64,000 nucleotides of DNA, taken from an uncultured Candidatus Saccharibacteria bacterium. GTDB lineage: Bacteria > Patescibacteriota > Saccharimonadia > Saccharimonadales > EFPC-124. Position numbers and translations under genes: made by a program. The notes under the pieces are model-generated. The model was not told where the DNA came from. It made no database searches and saw only the letters and a program-made list of their open reading frames with translations. Each line of letters starts with the position of its first letter. The first letter of the stretch is position 1. This document shows, one piece after another, positions 8,951 to 18,290 of the stretch. The stretch lies in the NCBI GenBank assembly GCA_964550035.1, contig CAZJVU010000002.1, positions 19,653-83,652 of the forward strand, written 5' to 3'.

Positions 8951-10609
8951 TTGTGCGATAATAGACGCATCATGAAGCGTCCAATTGCCGATGACAGCAC
9001 CTACTACCGTGATGTGATGCGGATCTTGCGCGTGGCAGGGACGTTCCTGCCGCTTGCGATTGTGCCCGTTGGGCTCTTGGTGAGAGACGGCCTGCTTGAT
9101 AACAGCTTCTACCTTGGCGATGCCTGGTACGGCGCGCTCTCGATCGCGTTATTTGCGGTGGCGCTGCTGCAGTACTTTTTGACGCGGTATCGTCCGACAC
9201 CAGAGAATTATTTGTTTTTGACGGTGGCATATCACGTCTTGGGTGTAGCGTTTATCTTGACGGTGAGTGGCTTCCTCAACCCGATTATCATCTGTTGGAT
9301 TGCGCTGATGCTGGCGGCAGATACGTACTTTGGCACGATCGCCTTTGTGCTCAGTGCGGCTTGTCTGGCGATCACCGGTATCGTGACGTTGCCGCTGCAT
9401 GGTATTAGCGCGAATGAATACGCGCAGGTGCTGTGGTACTGCGCGTTTATTATTGGTGTCGGATTTACAGTGTCACGGATTCGCACGGTGACCGACCGTG
9501 AGCGTATTGCGCTATACAAGAGTCGCGAGGATGTAAACTTCCAGCGCGAACGGCTCATCACGCTGGTCAATAGCATGGGTGACGCCGTGATCGCGACCGA
9601 CGAAGACGGCGAGATCAAGATTTACAATGCGGCCACACTGAACCTCCTCGACACCAACGCGTCACTGACGAATAAAAAGATCGACCGCATTCTCCACCTC
9701 TACAACGAAGACGGCAAACGCGTCCGAGCGCTCGACCAAATTCGCGCTAAGAAAACAGTTTTCTCGCGCACTGACCTCGTGCACAAATTCAACGATGGCG
9801 AACAAATGAACCTCTATGTCAACTTCGCACCGATTCAGCTGAGCTATCAGGGAGCGGGTGATAAGGGGTTCATCTTCATCCTGCGTGACATCACCAAGGA
9901 GAAATCACTCGAAGAAGAGCGTGACGAATTCATTTCAGTCGTTAGCCACGAGCTCCGCACGCCGGTTGCCATCGTGGAAGGAAATATCAGCAATTTGCTC
10001 GTCTTGCAGAGCCGTGGCGCTGATCAATCGGTTCTGGACCACGCCCTCCAGGATGCGCATGACCAGACACTGTACCTTGCCAAAATGATCAACGACCTCA
10101 GCACGCTCTCGCGCGCTGAGCGTGGTCTGGACAGCGCCATCGAAGACATCGACACGAGCGCACTTCTGACTGAAATGTACAAGAACTACGCTGATCCAGC
10201 CCATAAGAAAAACCTCAATCTTGATCTCGACCTCCAGCCCAACCTGCCACACGTCCACACCAGTCGACTGTACCTAGAGGAAGTGCTCCAAAACTTCCTC
10301 ACCAATGCCATCAAATACACCAAGTCGGGTAGCGTCACACTCATCGGTCACAAGACCAAAGAAGGCGTGTACTTCGCGGTCAAAGACACGGGCATTGGCA
10401 TCAGCAAGAGCGATCAGCGACATATCTTTGAGCGATTCTGGCGCTCGGAGGATTACCGTACGCGCGAGACCAGCGGCACCGGACTTGGGCTATATGTCAC
10501 CAAAAAGCTAGCCGGCAAGGTGGGCGTTGATATCAAGTTCGAATCGCGACTGAACCACGGGTCGACATTTAGTTTTGTTCTCGAAACCAAAGACGAGCAG
10601 ACAAAATAA
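8951..10609 (+). CDS. sensor histidine kinase (multi-TM N-terminus, PAS, HisKA, HATPase_c)
   Basis: N-terminal hydrophobic helices. H-box SHELRTP. C-terminal N/G-box motifs (NAIKYT, DTGIGI, GTGLGL). Confidence 0.85.
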   Translation: MCDNRRIMKRPIADDSTYYRDVMRILRVAGTFLPLAIVPVGLLVRDGLLDNSFYLGDAWYGALSIALFAVALLQYFLTRYRPTPENYLFLTVAYHVLGVAFILTVSGFLNPIIICWIALMLAADTYFGTIAFVLSAACLAITGIVTLPLHGISANEYAQVLWYCAFIIGVGFTVSRIRTVTDRERIALYKSREDVNFQRERLITLVNSMGDAVIATDEDGEIKIYNAATLNLLDTNASLTNKKIDRILHLYNEDGKRVRALDQIRAKKTVFSRTDLVHKFNDGEQMNLYVNFAPIQLSYQGAGDKGFIFILRDITKEKSLEEERDEFISVVSHELRTPVAIVEGNISNLLVLQSRGADQSVLDHALQDAHDQTLYLAKMINDLSTLSRAERGLDSAIEDIDTSALLTEMYKNYADPAHKKNLNLDLDLQPNLPHVHTSRLYLEEVLQNFLTNAIKYTKSGSVTLIGHKTKEGVYFAVKDTGIGISKSDQRHIFERFWRSEDYRTRETSGTGLGLYVTKKLAGKVGVDIKFESRLNHGSTFSFVLETKDEQTK

Positions 10610-10625
10610 GTTCATTTCTTTCGCT

Positions 10626-10663
10626 TCTGGGCGCCCACGTGTTTTAGCACGGAGGCGCCCAGA
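10626..10663. terminator. bidirectional hairpin terminator between convergent genes
   Basis: 10 bp perfect stem TCTGGGCGCC/GGCGCCCAGA with an 18 nt loop. Confidence 0.55.
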
Positions 10664-10673
10664 AAGCGACAGT

Positions 10674-11270
10674 TCAGACCAGCTGTTGCAGCGCCTGCCA
10701 CAGCACAGAGTTGCGGCCCCATCGCCGATCGGCGGCAGCCACCTGGTAGCACTCCTGTAGCGCACGGATCATCTTGGGGTGCAGACCGGGGCACGTCGGG
10801 TCGTCCGGTGCGGCCTCGTACTCGTACGCGATGTCGGCCGCGCTCATGGCGGCGCCGAAGTACGTGGCACCCTGAGATCCCGGGCGGCGGCTCACCATCA
10901 TCGTCGCACGCGAAGCGCGCATACCGGGTGCTGCGATGATGAGCAAGATCTCCTGCCGCGTCAAGGCCGCTCGGACCTCCGTGATCTTGCTCGCCGGCAC
11001 GAACCCCATGACAGCAGCACGCTGGAATGGCATGACGCCACCCCATGCACGGCGGTCCGGCGTGCACCCCGGCTGGGAGTTCGTCGTGACGAACCGTCCG
11101 CTCCGGTTGAGCGCTGCGAGCAGCGGCACGAGGCGCTCCGTCTCGGGTTGCACCTGCTGGTAATGCGCACGCGTGGGCATGCAGCGGATCTTCCGCTCCA
11201 ACCAATCCGCCGTGCATATACCGAGATCGAGCGGCGTACGGGCATCGATCCAGGGTTTGCCATGAGACAT
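10674..11270 (-). CDS. hypothetical protein in a high-GC islet (about 70% GC)
   Basis: Protein-like frame. The overlapping frame 10612-11283 is Arg/Ala/Gly-rich shadow. GC is far above flanking sequence. Confidence 0.55.
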   Translation of the reverse strand: MSHGKPWIDARTPLDLGICTADWLERKIRCMPTRAHYQQVQPETERLVPLLAALNRSGRFVTTNSQPGCTPDRRAWGGVMPFQRAAVMGFVPASKITEVRAALTRQEILLIIAAPGMRASRATMMVSRRPGSQGATYFGAAMSAADIAYEYEAAPDDPTCPGLHPKMIRALQECYQVAAADRRWGRNSVLWQALQQLV

Positions 11271-11319
11271 GGCAGGTCTCCATTCTCGTTGAGGATTAGG
11301 TCCGGAAGATTATTATAAA

Positions 11320-12843
11320 CTAAACTTTTTTACTGTAAATGCTTTGCGCTGGCTCTAAACGGGTCATCACCGGATAACACACATTGCGACCTTTCCAGTT
11401 CACATCGCCGAACTCATATGTGAGCATGCTGCCGATCAGCAAGATAAGTTCTTGCAGCAATGATACCGGCATGAGCAACAATGTCACCGGCCACGTATAC
11501 TGGTGTGTCCGTACGATCACAAGTACGTATCCCAGCCACAACACAGAACATGCCGTGATAGACGGCACCAACAGCCGTGCATCATGTGGTGCGACCAGGA
11601 GCGTCACAAATGGCAGTACAAAGATCACGGCCAGCAGTAACGCACCGAGGAGCACAAGCAAAGGCTGTCGCTTGAGCGTCGGGTAGAGAAACCGGACGGC
11701 TGACTCGATCTGGCTGCTCCACTTCTTCGCGGTCGTTATACCGACCTCGTCATTGCTCACAATGAACCGGTACTGGTCGTGCACAAACAAGATACGTGCA
11801 AAGTACGCTTCTGGCACGATCTTCTGCCGGACCGCATCGAACCCACCGAGCTTGGCAAGCGTTTTCCGACGGATCAGCCATGCCTGGCTCGCGACCGGCA
11901 CACGCCGCGCCGTTACCGGCAAGGCGATTTGCCAGTAATATCGAAGTGTGGTGAGGAGCGTCGCCATGTTCCAGCCGTCTCGGCGCGTCGGCAGAACCGT
12001 GACCATTTCTTGCTTATTGCTGAGCGCATACATGATGAGCTTGGTGATGCTTTGCGGGCTCAGGTGAGTGTCGACATCGGCGAACAGCACATAGTCGCCA
12101 CTGGCTTGCTCTGCCAATGTGCGCAGGGCCTGATTCTTGCCCAGCCAACCATCGGCCGGGACATCGCCCTGGACAAATCGCACGCCTTGGTGCGCGAAGC
12201 TGCGAATGATCTCGGATGTCTTGTCCTGCGAGCAGTCGTCCAGAACGATAATCTCCAGCTTGGGGTATTCGCTGGCGACGGCTGCCTGGAGGCATGATTC
12301 GAGCGCGTGCGTCTCGTTGCGAGCGGGGATAGCGAGCGTGACGGTCGGGAGATCTCGGAGGCGTAGACCTTGGTCGAGCTTTCGCAGGCGATAATGCTTC
12401 AGCGTCCAGAATATCTGATACAGAAACGCCAGGCCGACAACCGTCGACACCAGAAGCGCCAATATGAGTAGCTTTGTATATGGCACGTCAGTCAATCGCA
12501 GCGCCTGGAGCGCCCACCAGACATCGAGCACCACCACGAACACTCCGAGCGACAGTACCGTATTCAGATGCGTGCTCCGCCGAAGAAACTCCGGTCGCAA
12601 ACGCCCAAATAGCAGTCGACCGCCAAGCAGAATCACCCACAGTCCCATAAGACACAGGAGCGTCAGCAGTAGCCGCGGAAATTCGGCCGCAAACAGGAAG
12701 GGGAAGCCCGCGAGTACAAGCCCCAAGCTTACTTCCGCCAGGATATATCGCCGCGCCCATGCCCACTTGTAGTGACTTACACCGAGCAGTACCAACAGAG
12801 ACGAAAGCGTCGGCAGGAGCCATAAGAAAAGACTCGCGTTCAT
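11320..12843 (-). CDS. membrane-embedded GT2 glycosyltransferase (N- and C-terminal TM bundles flanking a GT2 catalytic domain)
   Basis: TVTLAIPARNE...EIIVLDDCSQDKTSEII...GWLGKNQAL. Start chosen at MNASLFLWLL (12843). The longer ORF-track extension into the high-GC region was rejected. Confidence 0.75.
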   Translation of the reverse strand: MNASLFLWLLPTLSSLLVLLGVSHYKWAWARRYILAEVSLGLVLAGFPFLFAAEFPRLLLTLLCLMGLWVILLGGRLLFGRLRPEFLRRSTHLNTVLSLGVFVVVLDVWWALQALRLTDVPYTKLLILALLVSTVVGLAFLYQIFWTLKHYRLRKLDQGLRLRDLPTVTLAIPARNETHALESCLQAAVASEYPKLEIIVLDDCSQDKTSEIIRSFAHQGVRFVQGDVPADGWLGKNQALRTLAEQASGDYVLFADVDTHLSPQSITKLIMYALSNKQEMVTVLPTRRDGWNMATLLTTLRYYWQIALPVTARRVPVASQAWLIRRKTLAKLGGFDAVRQKIVPEAYFARILFVHDQYRFIVSNDEVGITTAKKWSSQIESAVRFLYPTLKRQPLLVLLGALLLAVIFVLPFVTLLVAPHDARLLVPSITACSVLWLGYVLVIVRTHQYTWPVTLLLMPVSLLQELILLIGSMLTYEFGDVNWKGRNVCYPVMTRLEPAQSIYSKKV

Positions 12844-12933
12844 GTCTACAATAGTAGCATAGTGCTTATGGTGACAAAATACATATTTCATGCTATAATA
12901 TATTAGTCCAATCAACAGCGATTGCGAGGAAAT

Positions 12934-13290
12934 ATGCAACTGGTACGCGTTATCGTCCGCGGGCCCGAAGTCATCCCCACCGACCCCAAAGGTGTGGACT
13001 TCGGGGGCGTCACCTACAAGCGCGAGGAGGCAACCACGAAGGCCATCTACATGGCGCTCAGGGTGCCGAGCCGCCGTGACCGTTTCCAGTGGACCCGACC
13101 GGACGACGAGAAGATGCAGGTCACCAAGATGCAGCTTCCGTTCAGCAAGGAAGTGATCCTCGAGTTCTGCAGCGGCACTTGCATCGACAAGATCGTGGAT
13201 GCGGTGGCGAGAGCCGGCTCTGACGACGCAAAGGCTGTTCTGGAGGTCTCTCCGCTCCTGAGGCACATGGAGAAGTACTCCAGGATCTGA
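12934..13290 (+). CDS. hypothetical small protein in a high-GC islet
   Basis: GAGGAA Shine-Dalgarno then ATG. Protein-like composition (MQLVRVIVRGPEV...). No recognisable motif. Confidence 0.4.
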   Translation: MQLVRVIVRGPEVIPTDPKGVDFGGVTYKREEATTKAIYMALRVPSRRDRFQWTRPDDEKMQVTKMQLPFSKEVILEFCSGTCIDKIVDAVARAGSDDAKAVLEVSPLLRHMEKYSRI

Positions 13291-13306
13291 CTCGCCGGAC
13301 ACATCG

Positions 13307-13354
13307 ACGCCCGGCCCCAGCCCACTCCCCGCGAGTGTGGCCGGGGCCGGCGTC
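13307..13354. other. GC-rich inverted repeat (imperfect 13 bp stem) at the end of the high-GC islet
   Basis: GACGCCCGGCCCC ... GGGGCCGGCGTC with one bulge. Confidence 0.3.
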
Positions 13355-13440
13355 CGACCCCTTGACCAATGAACTTATTTGCTCTATTATTGACATCGAC
13401 GCCTACAACTCACTGTAGGCTATTTAAATTGGAGAAAATT

Positions 13441-13749
13441 GTGGCTGAAAACCAACCAAAAGCTACAAACCTCACTGGGAACAAGAAAAAAGCCGACCTC
13501 CTGAAGCGCGAAGTAAACGTATCAGGAAGCGGAAAACTGTCGCGCAAGGTTCGCGCGCCACGCTGGATCCGCGCTATTGGCGGCTACTTCAAAGGGAGCT
13601 GGCAAGAGCTTCGTGAGGTTAGCTGGCCAACTCGCAAAGCAACTTGGGGTATGACGCTTGCCGTTATGCTATTTACCTTGGTGCTGGCAGTGATCATCTT
13701 GCTCCTAGACCTGGGATTTGAACAACTATTTAAGAGGATAATTTTGTAA
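13441..13749 (+). CDS. secE: preprotein translocase subunit SecE
   Basis: GGAG then GTG start. C-terminal single TM (WGMTLAVMLFTLVLAVIILLL). Sits immediately upstream of nusG. Confidence 0.75.
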   Translation: MAENQPKATNLTGNKKKADLLKREVNVSGSGKLSRKVRAPRWIRAIGGYFKGSWQELREVSWPTRKATWGMTLAVMLFTLVLAVIILLLDLGFEQLFKRIIL

Positions 13750-13751
13750 TT

Positions 13752-14297
13752 ATGAGCAGCCAACGCTACGACTCAACCCGTCAGTGGTACGCCATCCATA
13801 CGTACTCTGGCTACGAAGAAAAAGTCGCCGAGAGCATTCGCCAGCGCGTGGATTCAGTCGACATGGCCGACAAGATCTTCGATGTGATGGTTCCGAAGGA
13901 AAAACAGATCGAGATCAAAAACGGTAAGCGCAAGATCGTCGAGAAGAAAATCTTCCAAGGCTACGTCCTTGTCGAGATGAAGATGACCGAAGACGCGTGG
14001 TACATTATCCGCAATACCCCAGGCGTCACTGGCTTCGTCGGGAGCGGCACTGAGCCGACTCCGGTCAGCGAAGAAGAAATGGCCAAAATCAAGAAGCGCA
14101 TGGGCGTTGCCGAGCCAAAACACCGTATCGACTTTACGGTTGGCGAGGTCGTCAGCATTGTGGATGGTCCGTTCAAGGGCTTCGACGGCGCTATCAACGA
14201 GATCGACACCCAAAAGGGCAAGATCAAAGTCCTGGTCAGCATGTTTGGCCGCGACACTCCTGTAGAGCTCGACGCGCTGCAGGTCAAAAAAGTCTAG
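13752..14297 (+). CDS. nusG: transcription termination/antitermination factor NusG
   Basis: WYAIHTYSGYEEKV NGN domain and C-terminal KOW (GEVVSIVDGPFKGFDG). Confidence 0.9.
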   Translation: MSSQRYDSTRQWYAIHTYSGYEEKVAESIRQRVDSVDMADKIFDVMVPKEKQIEIKNGKRKIVEKKIFQGYVLVEMKMTEDAWYIIRNTPGVTGFVGSGTEPTPVSEEEMAKIKKRMGVAEPKHRIDFTVGEVVSIVDGPFKGFDGAINEIDTQKGKIKVLVSMFGRDTPVELDALQVKKV

Positions 14298-14320
14298 GCT
14301 AGCCAACTCTGGCACCTCTA

Positions 14321-14346
14321 AAGAACGCTCTTTCACGGGCGTTCTT
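14321..14346 (+). terminator. hairpin after nusG
   Basis: 8 bp stem AAGAACGC/GCGTTCTT with a 10 nt loop. Confidence 0.45.
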
Positions 14347-14403
14347 TGGCAGTTGCTTACATCACTCAACCAACAGGGCGAAGTGATGCAGTGAGCCGTA
14401 AGG

Positions 14404-14652
14404 CTATCGTCCCTGCTTATATTTCGCGTAACTTACCAAGAGATTGAACGACTGCGTAAGGCTCAAGACCTGATCTTCGCTCATGCGATGTTCTGATTGA
14501 GCTAGCTTTTCCTCGAACCACTCATTGTCGATAGACTCATCCGCAGCAGCTACTTCGTCTATAAACTTGAAGTAACGCTCCTTGTCTAAACTATGAGCAG
14601 ACTCAGGGAACTGGCTAATCCAAAAATCGAATGCTTGATTGACTTTATCCAT
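14404..14652 (-). CDS. hypothetical protein (low-GC island)
   Basis: ORF of 82 aa with acidic composition. No motif. Confidence 0.45.
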   Translation of the reverse strand: MDKVNQAFDFWISQFPESAHSLDKERYFKFIDEVAAADESIDNEWFEEKLAQSEHRMSEDQVLSLTQSFNLLVSYAKYKQGR

Positions 14653-14770
14653 ATTCTATTTCTTCCGTTTCTTTTTTACTGGTGGCAGCAGCACATCCAT
14701 GACGGCATCAAAAGACTTCGGTATTTTCGGCTTACCCTTGTTGGGTTTGTTCTTACTGCTTGCCATATAT

Positions 14771-15268
14771 CTATTTTACCATCTCTTTGCCGAGTGCGTG
14801 TTGCGCCACGAATACTCGTGCTTGCTGCCCATGCTTCTTGATGAAGCCGTCCGCCATCGAGCGCACACCAGAACCCGCGCTGCCTTCTAGCTCAATCTCG
14901 AGCACAATCTCACCGGTAGTCGTGACGAACACGTTCTTGAAACTCGTAGTCGTCTTGCCAGTCGCCTTCGGAGCCGCCAACGAGAACACGCCCAGCGTCA
15001 TCATGCGAGTCGCCGTGAGCCTTTGACCTCCGCCTTGAGTCTCACGCTCAACACCTGTCTCAAAGCGTATGACCTCATCCCAGCTAAAGTGTGCGATAGG
15101 GCTGTTATCTCCAAGGCCACTCTTATCACCAATCGATACGTCTATCCCTGCGGCGACCATTGCTAGGCGAAGTGAACGATGATAGCCAGGTATGCCTGGA
15201 TGTGTGCCGAAGTACTCGCCACCTATCTCAAGCTTCGCCTCCTTTGGTTTGCGTTTGAATAAGCCCAT
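14771..15268 (-). CDS. hypothetical protein (low-GC island)
   Basis: ORF of 165 aa. No motif recognised. Confidence 0.5.
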   Translation of the reverse strand: MGLFKRKPKEAKLEIGGEYFGTHPGIPGYHRSLRLAMVAAGIDVSIGDKSGLGDNSPIAHFSWDEVIRFETGVERETQGGGQRLTATRMMTLGVFSLAAPKATGKTTTSFKNVFVTTTGEIVLEIELEGSAGSGVRSMADGFIKKHGQQARVFVAQHALGKEMVK

Positions 15269-15506
15269 ACTGCCTCCTTGATTTAGAAGCGGTGCAAATT
15301 AAAAAGGACACCGCACTAGGTGTCTAAGCCGGTAATAGGTTGTGCCTACTACTTGTCGCGCGGTGCCCATTTCAATGGCACAACCGCGCAGCTATATGCT
15401 TGCGCAATGTATTCACTATTACCAACTTAGACATCCTGATTATAACAGAAGCCACATCATTGAGCTTCTCTTAACAAACACCCATCGATTGCCCTACGAT
15501 GGGAGC

Positions 15507-15728
15507 ATGAAAGAACAGCCAGACCCACAAGAACTCGTATTGGTTAAAGTCGAAGAGGTGAATCTTATGATGAACCTCCTTTACGCTCGTGACCGGGAGG
15601 GTAACATCTGGCGCACGCTACAAGACAATGGCCGGCTCGGCGAGTGGCGCTTATTCATGAAGGCTAAGGACGTACCGCGACCGACACTAACGTTTGACAA
15701 GATAGTAAACAGTAGTAAATCTACTTAA
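15507..15728 (+). CDS. hypothetical small protein
   Basis: Internal ATG (MKEQPDPQELV...) chosen over the longer ORF-track frame. Confidence 0.3.
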   Translation: MKEQPDPQELVLVKVEEVNLMMNLLYARDREGNIWRTLQDNGRLGEWRLFMKAKDVPRPTLTFDKIVNSSKST

Positions 15729-15782
15729 ATAGTAGCGGTTGCGATATAGCCATAGGTACGTAAAGCGTTTACAATGTAGATA

Positions 15783-16196
15783 ATGACTAAGGTAAATTAT
15801 TTTGTGATAGCGGAAGACGTTATTAAGGCTGAGGATGGAAGTATAACCATCGTTAGGATATACAACCGACTATTTACTGAAAAATTACCCTACGAGCACC
15901 CTCCGCTCGCTTTAGCTATGGGATTTATTCCTGATGATGGCGTTGTAGAGAATGATAAGGTTAAGTTTAAGCTTACTATGACAGCGCCGAGCGGAGTGAT
16001 AGCCGCCGAGATGGAGGGGGTCGCCAAGCGAGTCATCCCAAAGGGCGATGACGGGCAAGAACATGAGATAGCATCCTTTGTTGACCTTGGCAAGGACCTA
16101 CGGCTACCTGAATTGGGTGTGTATACATTCAACTTATCTTGTGGTGACAAGAAAATAGCTGAAAACAAGTTTGAACTAGTTAAAAAGGAGAAATAG
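15783..16196 (+). CDS. hypothetical protein (low-GC island)
   Basis: ORF of 137 aa in a region of roughly 38-45% GC. Confidence 0.5.
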   Translation: MTKVNYFVIAEDVIKAEDGSITIVRIYNRLFTEKLPYEHPPLALAMGFIPDDGVVENDKVKFKLTMTAPSGVIAAEMEGVAKRVIPKGDDGQEHEIASFVDLGKDLRLPELGVYTFNLSCGDKKIAENKFELVKKEK

Positions 16197-16582
16197 TGGA
16201 CCACGCTCAGCCCCACATGGAACGCTACCTAACAACTAAAGTTGATTTTTCCCAGCAGGCCGATGGAAGCCCTGAGCATATCCGAGGAGATATCGCATGG
16301 CATCCTGCCGCCGTTCAGAAAGGTATCGCCAGCACTGCCACCTTTAACCTGGCTCGAAAAATAGGGTCCTTTTACGGCTTGAGTTTTCAACATTATCCTG
16401 TACTTACCGTTGCTATGAATGGGTTGGCCCTCATTAGCCTAGGTGGTTTCGCACAATACTTAGCCACAGACAGCTCCTTAGTACATCCATTTGCACTGGT
16501 GTGGGGAATGGTGGGCTTCGGAGGTATGGCACTAGTTATTGGTAAGGCGTCAAAATATATTCATGAGCGACGCAAGCAATAA
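16196..16582 (+). CDS. hypothetical membrane protein
   Basis: GTG start overlapping the upstream stop. Hydrophobic C-terminal half. Confidence 0.45.
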   Translation: MDHAQPHMERYLTTKVDFSQQADGSPEHIRGDIAWHPAAVQKGIASTATFNLARKIGSFYGLSFQHYPVLTVAMNGLALISLGGFAQYLATDSSLVHPFALVWGMVGFGGMALVIGKASKYIHERRKQ

Positions 16583-16814
16583 TTGGATTAGCTTTCTAAA
16601 AACTGCTTGGAGGGCAGAAAACCAGACGGCTCATGGCCGCCTTAATCTTCGCGTAACCATACTCCTTATCTTGATGTGTGGTATATTTTTCATTCCGAGT
16701 ATAGCTGAGATTGCTAGCGCAACAATACTAACGCTATGCGACAAAAAGCCTCTTGAATTTTTCCCCATTTGGTACGGAATGTTACTAGTCGAGGTACCTT
16801 TGTACTGGCCGTAG
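16563..16814 (+). CDS. hypothetical small membrane protein
   Basis: Short ORF with hydrophobic segments. Confidence 0.3.
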   Translation: MSDASNNWISFLKTAWRAENQTAHGRLNLRVTILLILMCGIFFIPSIAEIASATILTLCDKKPLEFFPIWYGMLLVEVPLYWP

Positions 16815-16905
16815 TGTGTTTATTTGTAGTAGGCAAAGCAGAGAATAATATTCAGCCTCCAAGCACCGGTACACAACCGTAATACCCAATTCTTGTGTGG
16901 TGTGG

Positions 16906-17862
16906 TTAAAGAAGTTTTAACTGCACTGGCATCATAGCTCGCTTGCGTGCCCACCCGCGCAGCGCTAATGGCTGCACAGCCTTCTTGCCGAGCATCTTCT
17001 TGTACGGCAATGTCTTACCCCATGCCAGGTCAAACCACTTTGCAAAGCGCTCGCCATCGCTAAGGCTACGGTAGTTAAACTTGAACTGGAAGCTACCGAT
17101 AAGGTACGACGACAGGTATTTGCCACTCAAATGCATGTGCACGCGAATCTTGCGGCGCACCAACATCCAGGCGTTCTCGATGTGGTTCGTTGTAATACCC
17201 ATGTGAACGTACTGCTTTTGGCTGTGGTTAATACTGTCGTGTTTGTAGCGATATTGAATCATGCGGTAGATACGGCTTTCATCTGTTGCTACGGTAGCGT
17301 TCGGGGCGATATGAGCGTTAAAGAAGTCCATTGCTACGGTGCTATCGGGCTGCTTAACCACCTCTAACGCCACGCGCCCGTTCGGCACCTGCTCAATACC
17401 GCCCATGACGGCGTGCTTCCTTGAGTAACGTGCCGTACTGCGGCCTTTCGCCCTACTTCCGTGATACATTTCGTCAACGGCCACGTGCTTCTCAAGCACG
17501 ATATTCTCTTCCTTCATGCCTTCCATGATGCGGTGGACGAGGTGTTGGGCTGTCTTGCGAGTGACACCTATCTTCTTGGCCATCTTGAGCGTAGACAGGT
17601 CGTCAGTGGTTTGTAGGTAAATCGCCATAAACCATTTCTTGAGCGGGAGGTGCGTGTCCTGAAAGACAGTACCAACTAATGGCGAGAACTGCTTTTTGCA
17701 GTCAGCGCACTTGAACAAGCGGCGGGTCTTGCAGGTGTACACGTCTACGGAGCCACAGTTAATACACGCTAGGCCATCGGGCCAGCGCTTCTGTATGACA
17801 TATTCAAAACAAGCGTCCTCATCTGGAAAACGCTCGTGGAAATTGAGCAGGTTCAAGTCCAT
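16906..17862 (-). CDS. IS1595-family (ISXO2-like) DDE transposase
   Basis: N-terminal Cys-rich zinc ribbon (CINCGSVDVYTCKTRRLFKCADCKKQF), then an HTH, then a DDE domain typical of IS1595. TGtATAAT extended -10 sits 12 nt upstream of the ATG. Confidence 0.8.
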   Translation of the reverse strand: MDLNLLNFHERFPDEDACFEYVIQKRWPDGLACINCGSVDVYTCKTRRLFKCADCKKQFSPLVGTVFQDTHLPLKKWFMAIYLQTTDDLSTLKMAKKIGVTRKTAQHLVHRIMEGMKEENIVLEKHVAVDEMYHGSRAKGRSTARYSRKHAVMGGIEQVPNGRVALEVVKQPDSTVAMDFFNAHIAPNATVATDESRIYRMIQYRYKHDSINHSQKQYVHMGITTNHIENAWMLVRRKIRVHMHLSGKYLSSYLIGSFQFKFNYRSLSDGERFAKWFDLAWGKTLPYKKMLGKKAVQPLALRGWARKRAMMPVQLKLL

Positions 17863-17936
17863 ATTGAATAGTATTATACAATTTTTTACCATAATTAACA
17901 AACACACATCATAGGATTAGTGCGCCTCGAATCAGA

Positions 17937-17958
17937 GCGTGCTATAATAAAAGCACGC
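17937..17958. promoter_or_regulatory. palindrome GCGTGCTATAATAAAAGCACGC containing a perfect TGnTATAAT extended -10
   Basis: 7 bp perfect arms. A related palindrome occurs upstream of paralog A at 58588-58605. Confidence 0.35.
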
Positions 17959-18035
17959 AATACTGGCAGAGGCTCCTTTGGGGCCTCTTACCTTTTTAAG
18001 ACGTTCTTGTTTCTATTTTGGTTAAAAAATAATGT

Positions 18036-18110
18036 CACCCGAGGCGGGACTTGAACCCACAACCTCCCAGTTTCGCAATACTGGCGCTCTGTCCATTTGA
18101 GCTACCGGGC
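18036..18110 (-). tRNA. tRNA-like sequence (atypical; possible pseudo-tRNA or insertion-site remnant; anticodon unresolved, TGC or GCG)
   Basis: Reverse complement shows a D-arm GCTC/GAGC and a T-arm GTGGG-TTCAAGT-CCCGC. But the acceptor stem has two G-U pairs and one mismatch, position 8 is not U, and the anticodon stem CCAGT/ACTGG encloses an 8 nt loop ATTGCGAA. Confidence 0.45.
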
Positions 18111-18225
18111 CTATGTTCGTAGTGTAACATAGGTTTCTTGTCATTTAGCTACAGCTATGGTGTGGTAAGTATTTGGCTTCAGCTACTTTGGTTGAGTGAT
18201 GTAAACAACTCTGCGTTCTTTAGTA

Positions 18226-18254
18226 TTGCTTAAGTATGAACTTTATTTTATAAT
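18226..18254 (+). promoter_or_regulatory. sigma70-like promoter TTGCTT-17-TATAAT driving the high-GC three-gene cassette
   Basis: Hexamers at 18226-18231 and 18249-18254. First cassette gene starts at 18291. Confidence 0.45.
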
Positions 18255-18290
18255 TGATATCCGGCATTGACCAGATCGAAGGGGGTCGCC

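Larger units (their letters stand above)
16880..17960 (-). mobile_element. IS1595-like insertion sequence (ends not resolved)
   Basis: Single transposase ORF of IS1595 type. Terminal inverted repeats could not be identified by eye. Confidence 0.45.

Noticed and set aside
10612-11283. Alternative 223 aa minus-strand ORF overlapping the 198 aa gene
   Set aside because: Arg/Ala/Gly-rich composition with a P/R-rich low-complexity translation, typical of an out-of-frame shadow in high-GC DNA. The 10674-11270 frame looks protein-like.
11320-13302. 660 aa version of the membrane GT2 gene extending into the high-GC islet
   Set aside because: The first 125 residues are Arg/His-rich and overlap a better plus-strand ORF. 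An internal ATG at 12843 gives an N-terminus that begins with TM helices, as expected.
14400-17900. Prophage interpretation of the low-GC island
   Set aside because: No integrase, terminase, capsid or tail genes recognisable. Only an IS1595 transposase and small ORFans. Called an insertion island, not a prophage.
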